A stretch of DNA of 63,947 nucleotides, counting the filler, from Conidiobolus incongruus B7586 (lineage: Eukaryota), in NCBI GenBank assembly GCA_000697335.1. It is 7 parts of 7 records of this genome, joined end to end, with 100 filler letters (N's around TTAATTAATTAA, not from the genome) between each part and the next. Parts side by side here need not be neighbours in the genome. Positions count along the whole stretch, not along the records: positions 31,312 to 47,687 come from JNEM01006151.1; positions 47,788 to 55,667 come from JNEM01006155.1; 5 more parts are not named here. One strand, given 5' to 3'. The position numbers and the translations under genes are program-made. The notes below the pieces were generated by a model that worked only from the letters and a program-made list of their open reading frames with translations, had not been told where the DNA came from and did no database searches. Shown piece after piece: positions 42,207 to 55,100 of the stretch (its first letter is position 1; each line of letters starts with the position of its first letter).

Positions 42207-45200
42207 TAATAGCAATAATAAAACTATTAAAAACCTACTAGAAATTAATAATTATTTATATTAAACCTAATTATTACTATTTTAAATTTTATCTATAATT
42301 TATTTTATTCAAATTTAATACTATATATTATAATACCACTAAAAAAAATACCCTCATATTATTTTAATAATGATAATAGCTTAATTATTGAGTGAATCTA
42401 AAACTTTAGTCTTTAAAAGCTTACTACCCTTTAAAAAGCTTATATTAGACAATTTCTAATAAAAAAAACATGTCTTAAAGAGTTTAAATTTAATAAACTA
42501 GCTACTTCACTATAGTTAATATATTAAACCACCTCCTTAGTATTTTTAAAGATAAATTAACCACTTATGATAGTTTTAAAAACCTCTACAAGCTTAAAAA
42601 CTACTTTAAAAATATAAAGAATTACCTTAATTTAATTTTAAATAAAAATCTAAAGAATATCTTTAAATTAACCACTTTTTTTTAGAAAAATTTATTTATA
42701 CTTGGTGGTTAACTTATTACAAACTTAATCCTAAAAAATCTTCAGGAGGATAACTTACTATAAAAATACAAACTTTTAAACATTTAGAAAAAACCTTTAA
42801 AGAGAGGTATTACCTAAAAAATTAAGTTTAATTAACAAAAGAAAAGTTTTCCTAACTTAAATAAAAAACTTCTATAAGATAATTAATTGAGAAATTTAAT
42901 GAGATATATTTAAATATATTAATTATCACTGAAGAAAAACAAATCTACAAATTATTATAATACTTTAACCTTTAAGTAAAGCTTTAGTTAATTAATAGGG
43001 AATATTTTAATAATATGTTTTTTTCTGACATTTGTGATATAACAATTATAATCAATAATATCCTTTACTTTATAATTAAATCTTCCTACCCTAAAAATTA
43101 ATCTTTTAAACTTTACTCTAACCCACTTAAGTTTCAAATAATAGATGTTTCTATTTTAAAGCTTCATGAGAAAACCTTTAATAAAAAAGTTAAAGCCTAC
43201 TTGAGAATAAACAAGGGTTGTTATTATTGCTGAAAAACTTAAGTTAACTATAAAGTTAATAAATACCTTTTAAAAAAGCAACATCTGTTTAATTTTTAAT
43301 AATCTTAACCTAATAACCATAAATCAAACTTGAATAATATTAATATAACTTTAAAATCACCCCTTTTATAATTAGTTAGTATATTCTAATTTAATCCACA
43401 AAAATTCTAATAAACTATTAATTCTACAAATTAAACTATGTATACTAGAGAAATCCAACTGATTAAACTATTAGAAACTAGAAATATTCTAATAACTAAT
43501 CCACCTTGTAATTTTTTACCTTTAACTATCACCTTATTGTTTGTGTTAATTAATTCTTCTATAAATATACTTGTTAGTGTTTTAATTAATTCTAGTTGTT
43601 TTAATTATATTATCTTTTCTTTTATTATTGTAAAGCTATCTTTACCTACTTAAAAAATCAACTTGATAATTAAATATACTAACAACTTAATAATATAAAC
43701 ATTTAACACTATATCTAGATACTTATTATTATTTTTTAACTACTTTTAATATATTAAATTCCTAGTTAGCAATATTAGTTATAATTTTATATTAGGTTAA
43801 AATTAGTTTAAATATCACAGTTTTATATTTATGAATATTACCCTAAAAGGTAACAAATTTATTTTTTTCATATTCCAAAAAAAATTAGTGGAATTAATCT
43901 TAAAAAACCTATATTACCCTACTATAAAATTATTAAATACTATACCTAACACTAACTTTATAATTATAACAAATAATTCTATTATTATAAGTAAAAACTA
44001 ATATAAAAAATTAATATAAAAAACTAATTAAAAACCTTAATAATTTATAGTGATATATATTTGTTTATTATTTATTTATTAGTATTTTATTTGTTAATTT
44101 CAATAAAGTTATATTTAATAACTATTTCTTATATAATATAATAAGTTAATTTGCTAATGTTTTTGAATTTATAAATGGATTACCTTTTAAACACAATATT
44201 AAATATAAAATTAAACTACTCTTTAGTATACAATTATATTTAAAGTTTACTTATCATTTATCTCTTGAATAATATTAAACTTTAAAAGAAGAAATCTAAA
44301 AACTACTTAAAAATAAATATATTAGATTTTTTTCCTTACTATAAGGATTTTTAATCCTCTTTATAAAAAAGGTTAATGGTGGTTAAAGACTATATATTAA
44401 TAACTATGTTTTAAACTTTAAAACTATCAAGGATAAAATTTTATTATTAAACCTACATGATGTTAAAGTTAAACTACTTAAATTAACTATATTTACTAAA
44501 TTAAATGTTAAGAATAAATATTATAACATTAGAGTTGAAGAAAATTTTATTTTTTTAACTACTTTCAATACTTTTTTAAGTTACTATAAATTTACTGTTA
44601 TAAACTTTAAATTGTGTAATACCCTTGTAACTTTTACTTAATTTATCAATTCCCTTTTTAACCTTGTTTTTAATAACTTTATTATTATATACTTTGATAA
44701 TATCTTAATCTATTTAAAAACTAAAGAAGAATATATTTAACATGTTAATTAAGTTTTACAAATTATTCAAGAATATAAATTATCTTTAAAACTATCAAAA
44801 TATATTTTTAGTACCTTTTCTATTTTTTTCAATAGTTATATTGTTTCCTTTTAAGGAATTAATATTAATCTAACTAAACTCAATAGTGTAAAAGCTTTTA
44901 TTATACTTATAAATAAAGATTAACTTATGTTTTTACTTAGATTATTAAATTACTTTAAAGATTTTATTGATTCTTTTGTTGAACTTATTATTTTTTTTAT
45001 TAATCTCTTGAAGAAAAACTCTTTTTTTAAATAAACCCCACTATACACTTTCTACATAAATACTTTAATTTTCTATATTACTAATGTGTTTGCTTTATTT
45101 ATTTTTAATCTAAAACTACTTACTATTATTTTTACTAACTTTATTTTTTTTATAACTAGTAGATAGTTAACTTAGTTTGAATTTAATTTATATTTTACCT

Positions 45201-46932
45201 TATAAATATAAGATAAAATAATAAATAAAAGAGAATAGGTTGAGTTTAACTTTATAAATATTACCTTAAAACTAATAACATTCTAGTTAAGAAAAATAAA
45301 ACCAACTGAATTAAAATACCTAGTTTATAAATAAAAACTCTTTGCTTTAGTAGAAATAATCAAAAATCACTTATATTTCTTATCCTACAACTTTTCTTTA
45401 ACACTTATAGATTATAAATTACTTATCTACTTAAATACTCAAAAACATTTATTAAAAAGATAAGTTAAATAAATTAAAATTATCTAAGCTTACCTTTTCT
45501 TTATTTAATATCTTTTAGGTTAATAAAATTATGTTGTAGATACTTTATTAGAAAATTTTACATACTTACCTTTTTATTCTAATTATAAAAATCTAGCAAA
45601 TATTAACTTAATAATTATTAATGAAGGAAATAAAAAATTTATTAAACTACTTTAAGAAACACTATTAAATAATGATTTCTTTATTTTAATTAAAGAAGAA
45701 CTCTTTAAACTATTAGAAAACTAATTAAAATATGTTAAAAGATTTAAAATTATCAATAACTTACTATATTATAATAATTGTCTATATATTCCTAACATTC
45801 CTAAGATTTAACAAACAATATTTAATGAATATTATAACTTACTAGTTAGAGAACATTAAAACTAGTTAAAAATTACTGAGAGAATTAAAACAAGGTATTA
45901 CTAACTTTCCCTAATTAAATTAATTTGAAATAAACTAATATTTGTGATATATACTAAAGAACTAAATATAATACTCAACTAAAATATAGTAAACTTATTC
46001 TTTTATAAGTCCCTAATGAAATTTAATAACAAATCTAATTTAATTTCATAGAAATTCTTAAATCAACAAATAATTATAATAATTTACTAATTATAATTGA
46101 TTTATTTTCCAAATATGTTTATTTTATTCCTTGTTTCAAAACTTCTATAGCTAAAAATATTACATAATTGTTATTCTCTAATATTTTTACCTATTATAAA
46201 ATTCTACAAACTATTGTATCTGATAAAAATATATGATTCAACTTTTAATTTTAGAAGTCACTATCCTTTTCCTTTAAAATTAACCTAACTACATCTACTA
46301 CCAATTATTATTAAATTAATAGACTTGCTGAAAAAACTATTAAAACCTTAAAGCAAATGATTAAAGTTTATATTAACACTAATTAATTAAATTAAGATAC
46401 TTATATCTACCAACTCTAATATTTATTCAACACCTTTATCAACAAATCAACAGGTTTTAGCCTTTATTTTATTAATTATAATAAACATCCTAACTTAATA
46501 ATTACTTTAAAACTTTAAATCAACTTACCTTTAAACATTGTTGAATTTTAATTTAATATTAAATATATTAATTTTTTTGTTAAATTTAACTTAGAAGAAA
46601 ATTAAAGGATTATAGAATAGCAATACTTAAAGTTATCTAGAAACCTTTTTAAATATAAAATTAACATGTTTGTATACTTAGAACAATTTACCTTTAAACC
46701 TACCCTATTTAAATCTAGCTTAAATCCCAAATACTTACTATTATATTATAATCCTTATAAAATTTAATTTATTGATTTAAATTTTAAAAATATTACCTTG
46801 GAATTATCTCTAACTTTGAAAATTAACCTTACCTTTCACATATCTAAAATTAAACCATACTTTAAAGATTTTAACACTTTTCTTAATTGATTAAAAATTT
46901 TAAAACTAGATCTAATTATTAATTATAATAGA

Positions 46933-47063
46933 GAAGAAAAATACTATGTTAATTATATAATTAAATGTAAATCTATTAAGAATAAGTTTTATTTTTATAT
47001 AAAATAGATAGGCTATCTTATTAAAAAAGTTACATAAGAACCTCTAAAAAATATTAAAAATAC
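46933..47063 (+). pseudogene. Chromodomain remnant of the element B integrase
   Basis: EEKYYVNYIIKCKSIKNKFYFYIK*IGYLIKKVT*EPLKNIKNT fits the chromodomain pattern Y.V..I.......Y..KW.GY.....TWEP..N, with both Trp codons turned to stops. Confidence 0.9.
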
Positions 47064-47131
47064 TTTAGCTTATTATACCTATTTGTAAAAATTTAAGGAG
47101 TGTGTCTCTTTTAAAAAACCTACTAAAGGAG

Positions 47132-47529
47132 TATTAAAAGACTAATTCTTTAAATTCTTATATATACTTTCATATAATCTAATTAACTATAAATTATATG
47201 ATTAATTTATACTTATATAGTTAAATTAATTGTATAAATAGTATTAAATTATCTAATAAATTAGGTTTTTCTTTTTCCTCTCAATTTTTACTATTTTTTA
47301 CTTTTACACTATTTCTAAAATTAAGACTATATTCTATTAATGTTATAGGATATTAACACTACCTAATATAAATCTTAATATATTAGTGACTCATCTTAGT
47401 TTGAAGCTTAATTAAACTTTGTTTACATTTGCACACTATAACTATATTATATTACCACATTATATGCACACTACTTTTATATTAAGTCTTCCTCTATATT
47501 ATATTAGTTTAACTACCACTACACTTATA
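47132..47529 (+). repeat. 3' LTR of element B
   Basis: TATTAAAAGACTAATTC...CCACTACACTTATA. Both the terminal TG and the terminal CA have become TA. A short purine run AAAGGAG precedes it. Confidence 0.95.
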
Positions 47530-49558
47530 ACTTTTAAATTAAATAAATAAAATAATTTAAAATAATATTTTTATTATTTTAATTGAAAAAATTATTTAAC
47601 TATTTTAATATCAATTATAAAAATTCATTATATATATTAATAGTTAAATTTAATTTGTTTAATAAAATATTAAAATAAATATCTTATNNNNNNNNNNNNN
47701 NNNNNNNNNNNNNNNNNNNNNNNNNNNNNNNTTAATTAATTAANNNNNNNNNNNNNNNNNNNNNNNNNNNNNNNNNNNNNNNNNNNNACATAGGTTATAA
47801 TCTAAGGAATATACTAGATATAGTAGTTTTTTCCAGTTATTTTTAATTAAAAAGTTTTTTATAACTTTAAATTTATTTATTTTATAATTATCATATAAAA
47901 TAATAAGTCTTCTCAAATTATATTAAAAATACTAATTAAAAATAATTTTATTTAAAAAAGAAATATAAAGTTTACTATTAATTAATTTTCTTTTAAGAAT
48001 TAAATAAAAATAGTATATACTATTATAATTTATTATAACAATTAATATTCACTTATTAATAAAATATTTATTTAAAGGAATTTGTGGAGGAGGTTAATTT
48101 AGCTTAATCTAACACCTTAGTTTATATTTTAATAAAGGATTATACAAAAGAATTTAAAATTCATCAATCATAATAAATTATTGTAAAAGCTTTAATTTCT
48201 AATTATACTTTAGTAAGTTTTATTTAACAATAGCTACTCTATTTTTTTTAAGCTTTAGTTAAATTATAAAGTATTTATTTTATATTTTTATTAATTAATT
48301 TTATTTTAAACTTTAATATATATAAAATACTTATGTAACTAATATTAAAATATTTTAATAATTCTCTAGTTAAAATAAAAAAGTACTTTTCAATATGTTT
48401 TTTTTACTTTATTAATAATTAGAAGAGTAATAGTTAAAATTAGTTTTTTAGATTTTAATAGGTTTTAGGTAGTTTCTCTTTTAGTTTTACAGTAATTTAC
48501 CTAGCAATAAATTGTTGATTTAAATAATACTTTATTATTAAAAGCTGCTTGTAAATTTTAAATGATTTTAGAGAGTTTATAGTTAAGTTTTACTAATACT
48601 AAAATAAAAAACTTTTGATAGTTATTATTTAGTTTAAGCATGATTAAATTAAATAACTAATTTTAAAAAATTATTTTTTTAATCAAAAAAAGTTATTATA
48701 TATATAATAACTATTTCAAGTTAAAATTTATGATATTTGAAAATTTATATAAAAATAAATTTTTATTGTATTAATAAAATAATATTATTTTATTTTTTTT
48801 ATAAAAAACAATATAAAAAATAATAGAATTATTAAATTTTATAATAATTAAAATATTTACTAATATTAATTTTTAAATTAATTTCAAAAATTATTTGTTT
48901 TTGATTATAATCTTAAATGAATTAATTCAACAAACTTTTTGCTACTTAAATTTTTGATAAAAATCAAGGGGTGAATATGTGTTAAATTTTTTAATGTAAC
49001 TTACCAATTGATCAAATTCGCTAAACACTGCAAACCACTAAAGTAATGTGAATTTTAAAGGACTAAAAAATAGACTAAAATCTCTCTGTACTATTGGTTG
49101 AATTGTTTTCATATATAAGATTTTCTTATCATTATTTGATGATTAAATGAGTTTAAAAAAATTTCTACAATTAAAATTGAGGATATTTGATACTTTTGAC
49201 TTAAAAACATTTTTTTCAATTTAGCGGTTTTTGATCATTTGTAACTGTTGCTACATTGAAATGGGAAAGAAGGCTAGAACTTGAAAAGGTTTCATTAATT
49301 GGAACAAAGCATTTAAGTCTAGTAATTATGAAATTGGTAGAAGTGGTAATGATGTGTCAGTATGTAAAAATTTTATTGAAATAATAAATTTAATAATATA
49401 AGACTTTTTGGCCTATTAAGTTGGTTATTATTGTTTGTCTACCCTCCACTTTTTGATTTTCCTTGATTTGTTTTAAGATCACAAACTCGACATTATTGAT
49501 ATTTGCATGGAATTGGTTTTTGTTCCACAATACACTTTAAACATTATTCGTCTTCCTC

Positions 49559-50305
49559 CTATTCTTCCAACCAATATACGACTCTCTCCTTATTTGAGCC
49601 GCACTCTGGATCTGTGGGATCACATTCTTCAGGTTCGCAATCATCTATATTAGGATCACACAGCTCATCACAATCTTCCTCATCAGGATCACATTCGTCG
49701 GGATCATCATCGTCTGGCTCACACACTGGAGGAGAGGTAGGCTGAATAATAATCACAGTTGTTGCAGTGGATGTTATTGTTGTTACACTCGTCGCTGTTA
49801 CTGGTACTTGCACTGGAGTTGTGATAGTTTGGGTCACTGTTTCTTTGGGTCCAGTCACTGTTGAAATTACAATTGTCGTGATCTGTGTGCTTTGAACAGT
49901 GGTGATGGTAGCTGTGGATACCTGTGTTGTTGTGGTCGTGATCGTAGTTGGGGTCGGTGAAGGGCTAGAAGGTTTAGGTTTAGGTTTGGGCTTTGGCTTT
50001 TTCACTGGCTTAGGCTTTTTAGGCTTTTTAGGCTTTTTCGGCTTTTTGGGTTTTTTAGCCTTTGGTTTTTTCTTTTTAAAAATAGTTGCTCTTTCCAGGG
50101 GCTTGTCAGTGCATTGATAGTTGAGATGCCATTGATTTTCAGAGAGAGAGTATTGAATCACATTTGCATCACCCTCATCTTGGGTGATTTCATTTAATTC
50201 AATAGAATTTGACTCATAATTCAAGTGATCATATCGTTTGATGTAATGAACAGGCTCAATAACAGAAGATGACAACAATAAAAATATGAAATTAATTAAA
50301 TACAT
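49559..50305 (-). CDS. Putative secreted/cell-surface repeat protein (248 aa): PKK repeats, Thr-rich stalk, acidic Cys-rich tail
   Basis: Hydrophobic N-terminus MYLINFIFLLLSSSV, a KR site, (KPK/PKK)n, a Thr/Val-rich tract and three CDPxxxxC motifs. It forms a GC-rich island, with TATAAATA upstream on the minus strand (~50424-50431). Confidence 0.85.
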   Translation of the reverse strand: MYLINFIFLLLSSSVIEPVHYIKRYDHLNYESNSIELNEITQDEGDANVIQYSLSENQWHLNYQCTDKPLERATIFKKKKPKAKKPKKPKKPKKPKKPKPVKKPKPKPKPKPSSPSPTPTTITTTTTQVSTATITTVQSTQITTIVISTVTGPKETVTQTITTPVQVPVTATSVTTITSTATTVIIIQPTSPPVCEPDDDDPDECDPDEEDCDELCDPNIDDCEPEECDPTDPECGSNKERVVYWLEE

Positions 50306-53300
50306 GTATAAATGATAAACATTGAAAACTCAACTTTTCTCAATAACAAACTTACTAAATCAAAAAGTCTAGATAATCTATTGAGTTTTTCGTGAAATTG
50401 CAGGGAAACGGACTAGACCTCTATATTTATACAATGTACAATGAATCTTCAACATGATAGTGGATTGGCCAAGAACACTTAGAGCCTAATACCTTTAGCA
50501 TTGTCACAGAAAGGATTAGAATCAATGAGGATAAGTGTAACACCGCTGAAATTAAATGGATTATATAGGTATTGGATTGGATTGGGTATTTAGCCAATGA
50601 TGAAACATTTAGTTTAATTAAATCTAAATAAATTTTCAATTAAATGTATTCATTCAGGCTAAAAATTTTAAATTTAATGTAATTATAACATAATTTAATA
50701 CATTAATTTCCTATTATGTTACTTGAAATACTAAAAAAATAATAAATATATATATATATATGTATATAGTTGAAATCAAACAGTTAAAACTTAATACTAA
50801 AATTTAGATATTTAAATAAAAATCAAGATTTGAATTAACTAAAATTTCAATTTCTTACACTACTTTTTTCTTTAAAATTTATTATCTAATTAATTTATAA
50901 AATTGTAATTTAAATCAAATATTATTTATTATTATTTCTTTCAATTATATGACATAAATTAATAAAAAAAAATAAATTATTTATATTTAAAAATTTACTC
51001 AATTTAATAAAAATATAATTGAACTATTATATCTCATATAATATATTATAAGCTATTATTTATTACTTTATAGAATTTAATTGTATCCATTCTTTTTGAC
51101 TTTAAAATTTATTAATTTAATCCATAATTTCTAAAACTAACTTTGATCTAATTCAGATTGAATAGCATATCCTATGTTATATATTAGAATTTATAGATTA
51201 AGTCAATATATGCACATATGTATATATTAATCTAATTTGACATATCTGAATAATCGATGATAGTGAAAAAATAGTTTGAGTCTAATTTATTCTAATAATA
51301 ATAATAACATTTTCAAATTTGAAACAAAATAGATTTAATTTAATCTTCAAGAGATAATATTATATATACTAATAAACATTGAGTTTATTCAAGGTTATAA
51401 ATTTGTTAATTCAAATAATAAAATTTTATTTGCAAGTTCATTTATATAAATTATTTTAAAAAAACTATATATATATTATTATTATTATATATTTAAATTA
51501 ATTTTACAATTTGTTTTAATTATTGAATTAATAAATTATTAATCTATAAATATATTAATTAATTAATTAGTCATATTCTATTTGCTTCAATAAGTACTGA
51601 ACTAAATTTCTTAAAAAATATTTAAATTATATATTGATATTGTTTGACTAATTGTCATCTTTTGGTATCAAAATAAATATTACTAATATAACTAATCTCA
51701 ATTTAATATGATTTTTTATAAACACTAACACCAATGGAAGATTAAATTTATTGAGTATAAATGAGAATTCATAGATTAATTTTTGATTTAATGTAATTGA
51801 TCAGAATTTAATATTGCATTGATCCAGAGTGTTGATGGTTTGCATCGGAGTTCATTTAGTCTAATAGAATCTTAGTAATATCATTGGAAACAAAATATTT
51901 GTGCCAAGGTTGAGTGATTAATTGGAGGAATTCTTACTAAGATTCCTTGGCGATGGTAGAATAACACATTCATTAGCATTATCTCTATTTGTTTGAAATC
52001 TAAAACTACTTTCCATTTTTGCTAAAAATAATGATTCTTAATTAAATATTGCCACGTACTTGGCAATACTGGGGAAAGTCAAAATGGTTACCTCGCTGAT
52101 TTCTGGGGGAAAGCACATACAAGCCGAGTTGAGGCACATATATGACTAGCTGGATAGTGAGCATGGTGCTTAAAATTGGGGAATACATTACGGTACGTGG
52201 TTCGAATGTGATTATTGAACCTGAATTCATTCATTCTGACCAAATTATTACAATAAAACTGGTAAATAACTTTGAAATATGTTAGTGTTAGACTTCAATA
52301 TAATTTTAGGATTGAAAAGTAGCTGGAGAACTGAGCCTTGGTCGAGCGCCCGTTTGACTAGAGCACTATTGACAGCCTGCCCTCTTTTATTGGAATCTAC
52401 AGGCCCACAAGTACGTCCGCCTTCATAGGCTTTACAGTTTGGGTCCCAATTCTCTGGTCAGCACTTATTTCTGGGAAGTAGTTCTCGTTAGTCCGGAGTG
52501 GACCATCGGACTGCTAAATTGGCAATCTTGACAGTTATTATACATACATTCTATTGATTTTATTTTAAATTTTCATTTAAATCATAACAAATATAATTCA
52601 AACATGATATAAAACTTATATTTTTATTTAATAATGAATAATAGATTAAATTCAATAAATTTTTATAAAAAAAATTGATAAATTTTAAAATTCGGTAATC
52701 ACTTTCCTAATATGGGAAATTCTATAATTAAAACTATTTTATGGTGCTAAAGTAGTTAATTCATTAATCTCTAACAGTTATAATATTTGTTAAAGAATTG
52801 ATCAAAATTTTAAAACTCTAGTTAAAAATGTTTAATTAAATTTCATGAACCTGAATAATATTTAGTTGAAAATTTTATCAATTTATTGACTTTGAATAAA
52901 TGATCTAGTATTGGGTTATTTTCTATAATAATTATGAATTTAATAATTTGAACTAAAATATATTTTCCGTAAAGATTTCCTTTTAAAGTATTTATCATTC
53001 CAATTATATTTATGTTTGGTTAAATCATTAATCAAACATTGAGATAGTTAAGAAAGTCAAACTATAACGATTGAATGCTTTAAATTTGATTTTATAATCA
53101 TTTTATGATAATTGGTTAAATATAAATGCTGGTCTAGTTATAGATATATCAACACCAATATTCACTTGAATATTAATTGAAACATAGATCAATTTTATTC
53201 AAAACAATAGTCAAAATATTAATTTTTACTAAGATATAATATTTGATGATATAAATAGTGTCCTAATATTCCACTTAAAAATGATGATTTTTATTCAAGT

Positions 53301-54836
53301 CAATAACCTCATTAATTAATAAAAAATATAAAGTTATTCAATATTAATTTTAATTTATTATTATTATTCATGATATTTATAAATTTTTATTTATTTTATT
53401 CATTTTGAATTTAAACAGATATGATAATATATAGACTTTAATTTTTTTATAAAAATTGTATAATATTATATTTAAATTAATTTTTAATAATATTGAATTT
53501 AATTTAATTTAATTAAAATTTTATATATTAAAGTTTTTAAGAATATATATTTCTAATAATTCAAAACGTGTCAATTAAATAAATTTGCATAATTATAAAA
53601 TCATATTTTTTTAGTCATAAATTTATATTAATTTTATTAAAAATTCTTTTATATTGAAATACAACATCAGTTATATGAGATTTATAAATCTTTCAATATT
53701 AGCATTAAATCCGAATATAATCATTGATGATACCAAGTTATATAATTTAAAGACAATTATGAATTATATTTTAAGAATATTTAAAATTTCAAAGTTTAAG
53801 TCTCTATTTTTGCTAAAATGATTTAATTATCATCAAAATATTTAATCGTTTTTTATATAATTTCAATTCTATTAATAAATTGGGTATCAATTTTTTTGAA
53901 TATAAATAAAAAAATACCTAATATTATTTGAATATTTTATTTCAAATTAACAAATCTATCAATTTAATATTTATCGAAATATATATTACTAAATTATAGG
54001 AAATTTAAAATAATCAAAGTTTATATCTATTTTGAAATATAAAAGTATTCAAAATTTAATATGGATAAAATTTCATATTATTAAATAAAGTCAAAATTTT
54101 AGTATTTAACATTAGTAATATATTGATCACTTTATATTATGATTTATATATTAATTTTATAAACAGTTATCTGATAATATTGGATAATAGGATAATATCT
54201 AAGAGCAAATATCGAGCAGTCCACTTAAATAAATTTTAATATATTATTTTTTTTCAAAAATGTTGCTTTGATTAATCAATTTTTATATTTGACTCATTTA
54301 TTTAATTGATATATATATATATATATATATAATTGATCAAAATGTAATAACATGTAAAGGATTCATCTATATAATAGAGGATAAATTATATTAATTAGTA
54401 TTTTACTAATTAATGATTTGAATTTGGAATTAAAAATTAACTTAATTCAAATATAATTTAAACTATTAATAAAAATATTTATGATTTAAATTAGAATATC
54501 ATTTTTAATATTAATAAAATATTAAAATTTATAATATTAAATAATTAAATTACTTTTTAATATTTGAATAATTAATTAATTAATAGTTAATAAATTATTA
54601 AAATTTTCAAATATAAAATAAATTTTTATTTAATAAAATATCAAATATTATAAATTTTAATAATTAAATTTTTTTATTATTTTAATTTTATTAATTGATA
54701 CTATCCCATAATTATTCAAGTTATGATCTAATGATGACGTAGTAACCTTCTAATATTATAAATTGATACTAAGTCACTATAATTTTATTCAATTTAATTA
54801 AATTAGTTAAGTGAATAATAATAATCAATTAAGAAA

Positions 54837-55100
54837 ATGGCAAAAGGAATTTATATAATCACATTAAAAGACGTCCCTGAGACTAACAGCTTGGGACAAA
54901 ATCCTGTAAAGGATAATGTAATGGAAGCTGTGAAGAAGTTGGGTGGTAAGTCCTACGATCCGGACGACAATGCGGAAACTGTCCAGAGTTTGTTACCAAA
55001 GGATGATAGTATATTAGTCGTGGAATTACCTCACGATGTTAACGATAAATTGTTAGGGCATCCTAATATTATGACAGTTGCTCCTCTAGTTACTATGTAA
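54837..55100 (+). CDS. Small peptidase inhibitor I9 / subtilisin-propeptide-like protein (87 aa)
   Basis: The pattern YIITLKD...V...VKKLGGK...LVVELP......L..HPNI..V.P resembles stand-alone fungal I9 inhibitors (POIA/Pbi2-like). It is an isolated GC-richer ORF with an AAAATGG start context and TATAAA at ~54757. Confidence 0.7.
   Translation: MAKGIYIITLKDVPETNSLGQNPVKDNVMEAVKKLGGKSYDPDDNAETVQSLLPKDDSILVVELPHDVNDKLLGHPNIMTVAPLVTM

Larger units (their letters stand above)
41812..47529 (+). mobile_element. Full-length degenerate Ty3/Gypsy chromovirus (element B)
   Basis: LTRs at 41812-42206 and 47132-47529. A 5-bp TSD ACTTT flanks it (41807-41811 and 47530-47534). Remnants include a gag knuckle GCYYC (~43216-43230), RT ILFIKKVNGG*RLYIN (~44355-44402) and YFDN (44690-44701), and a C-terminal chromodomain. 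All frames are full of stops. Confidence 0.96.
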
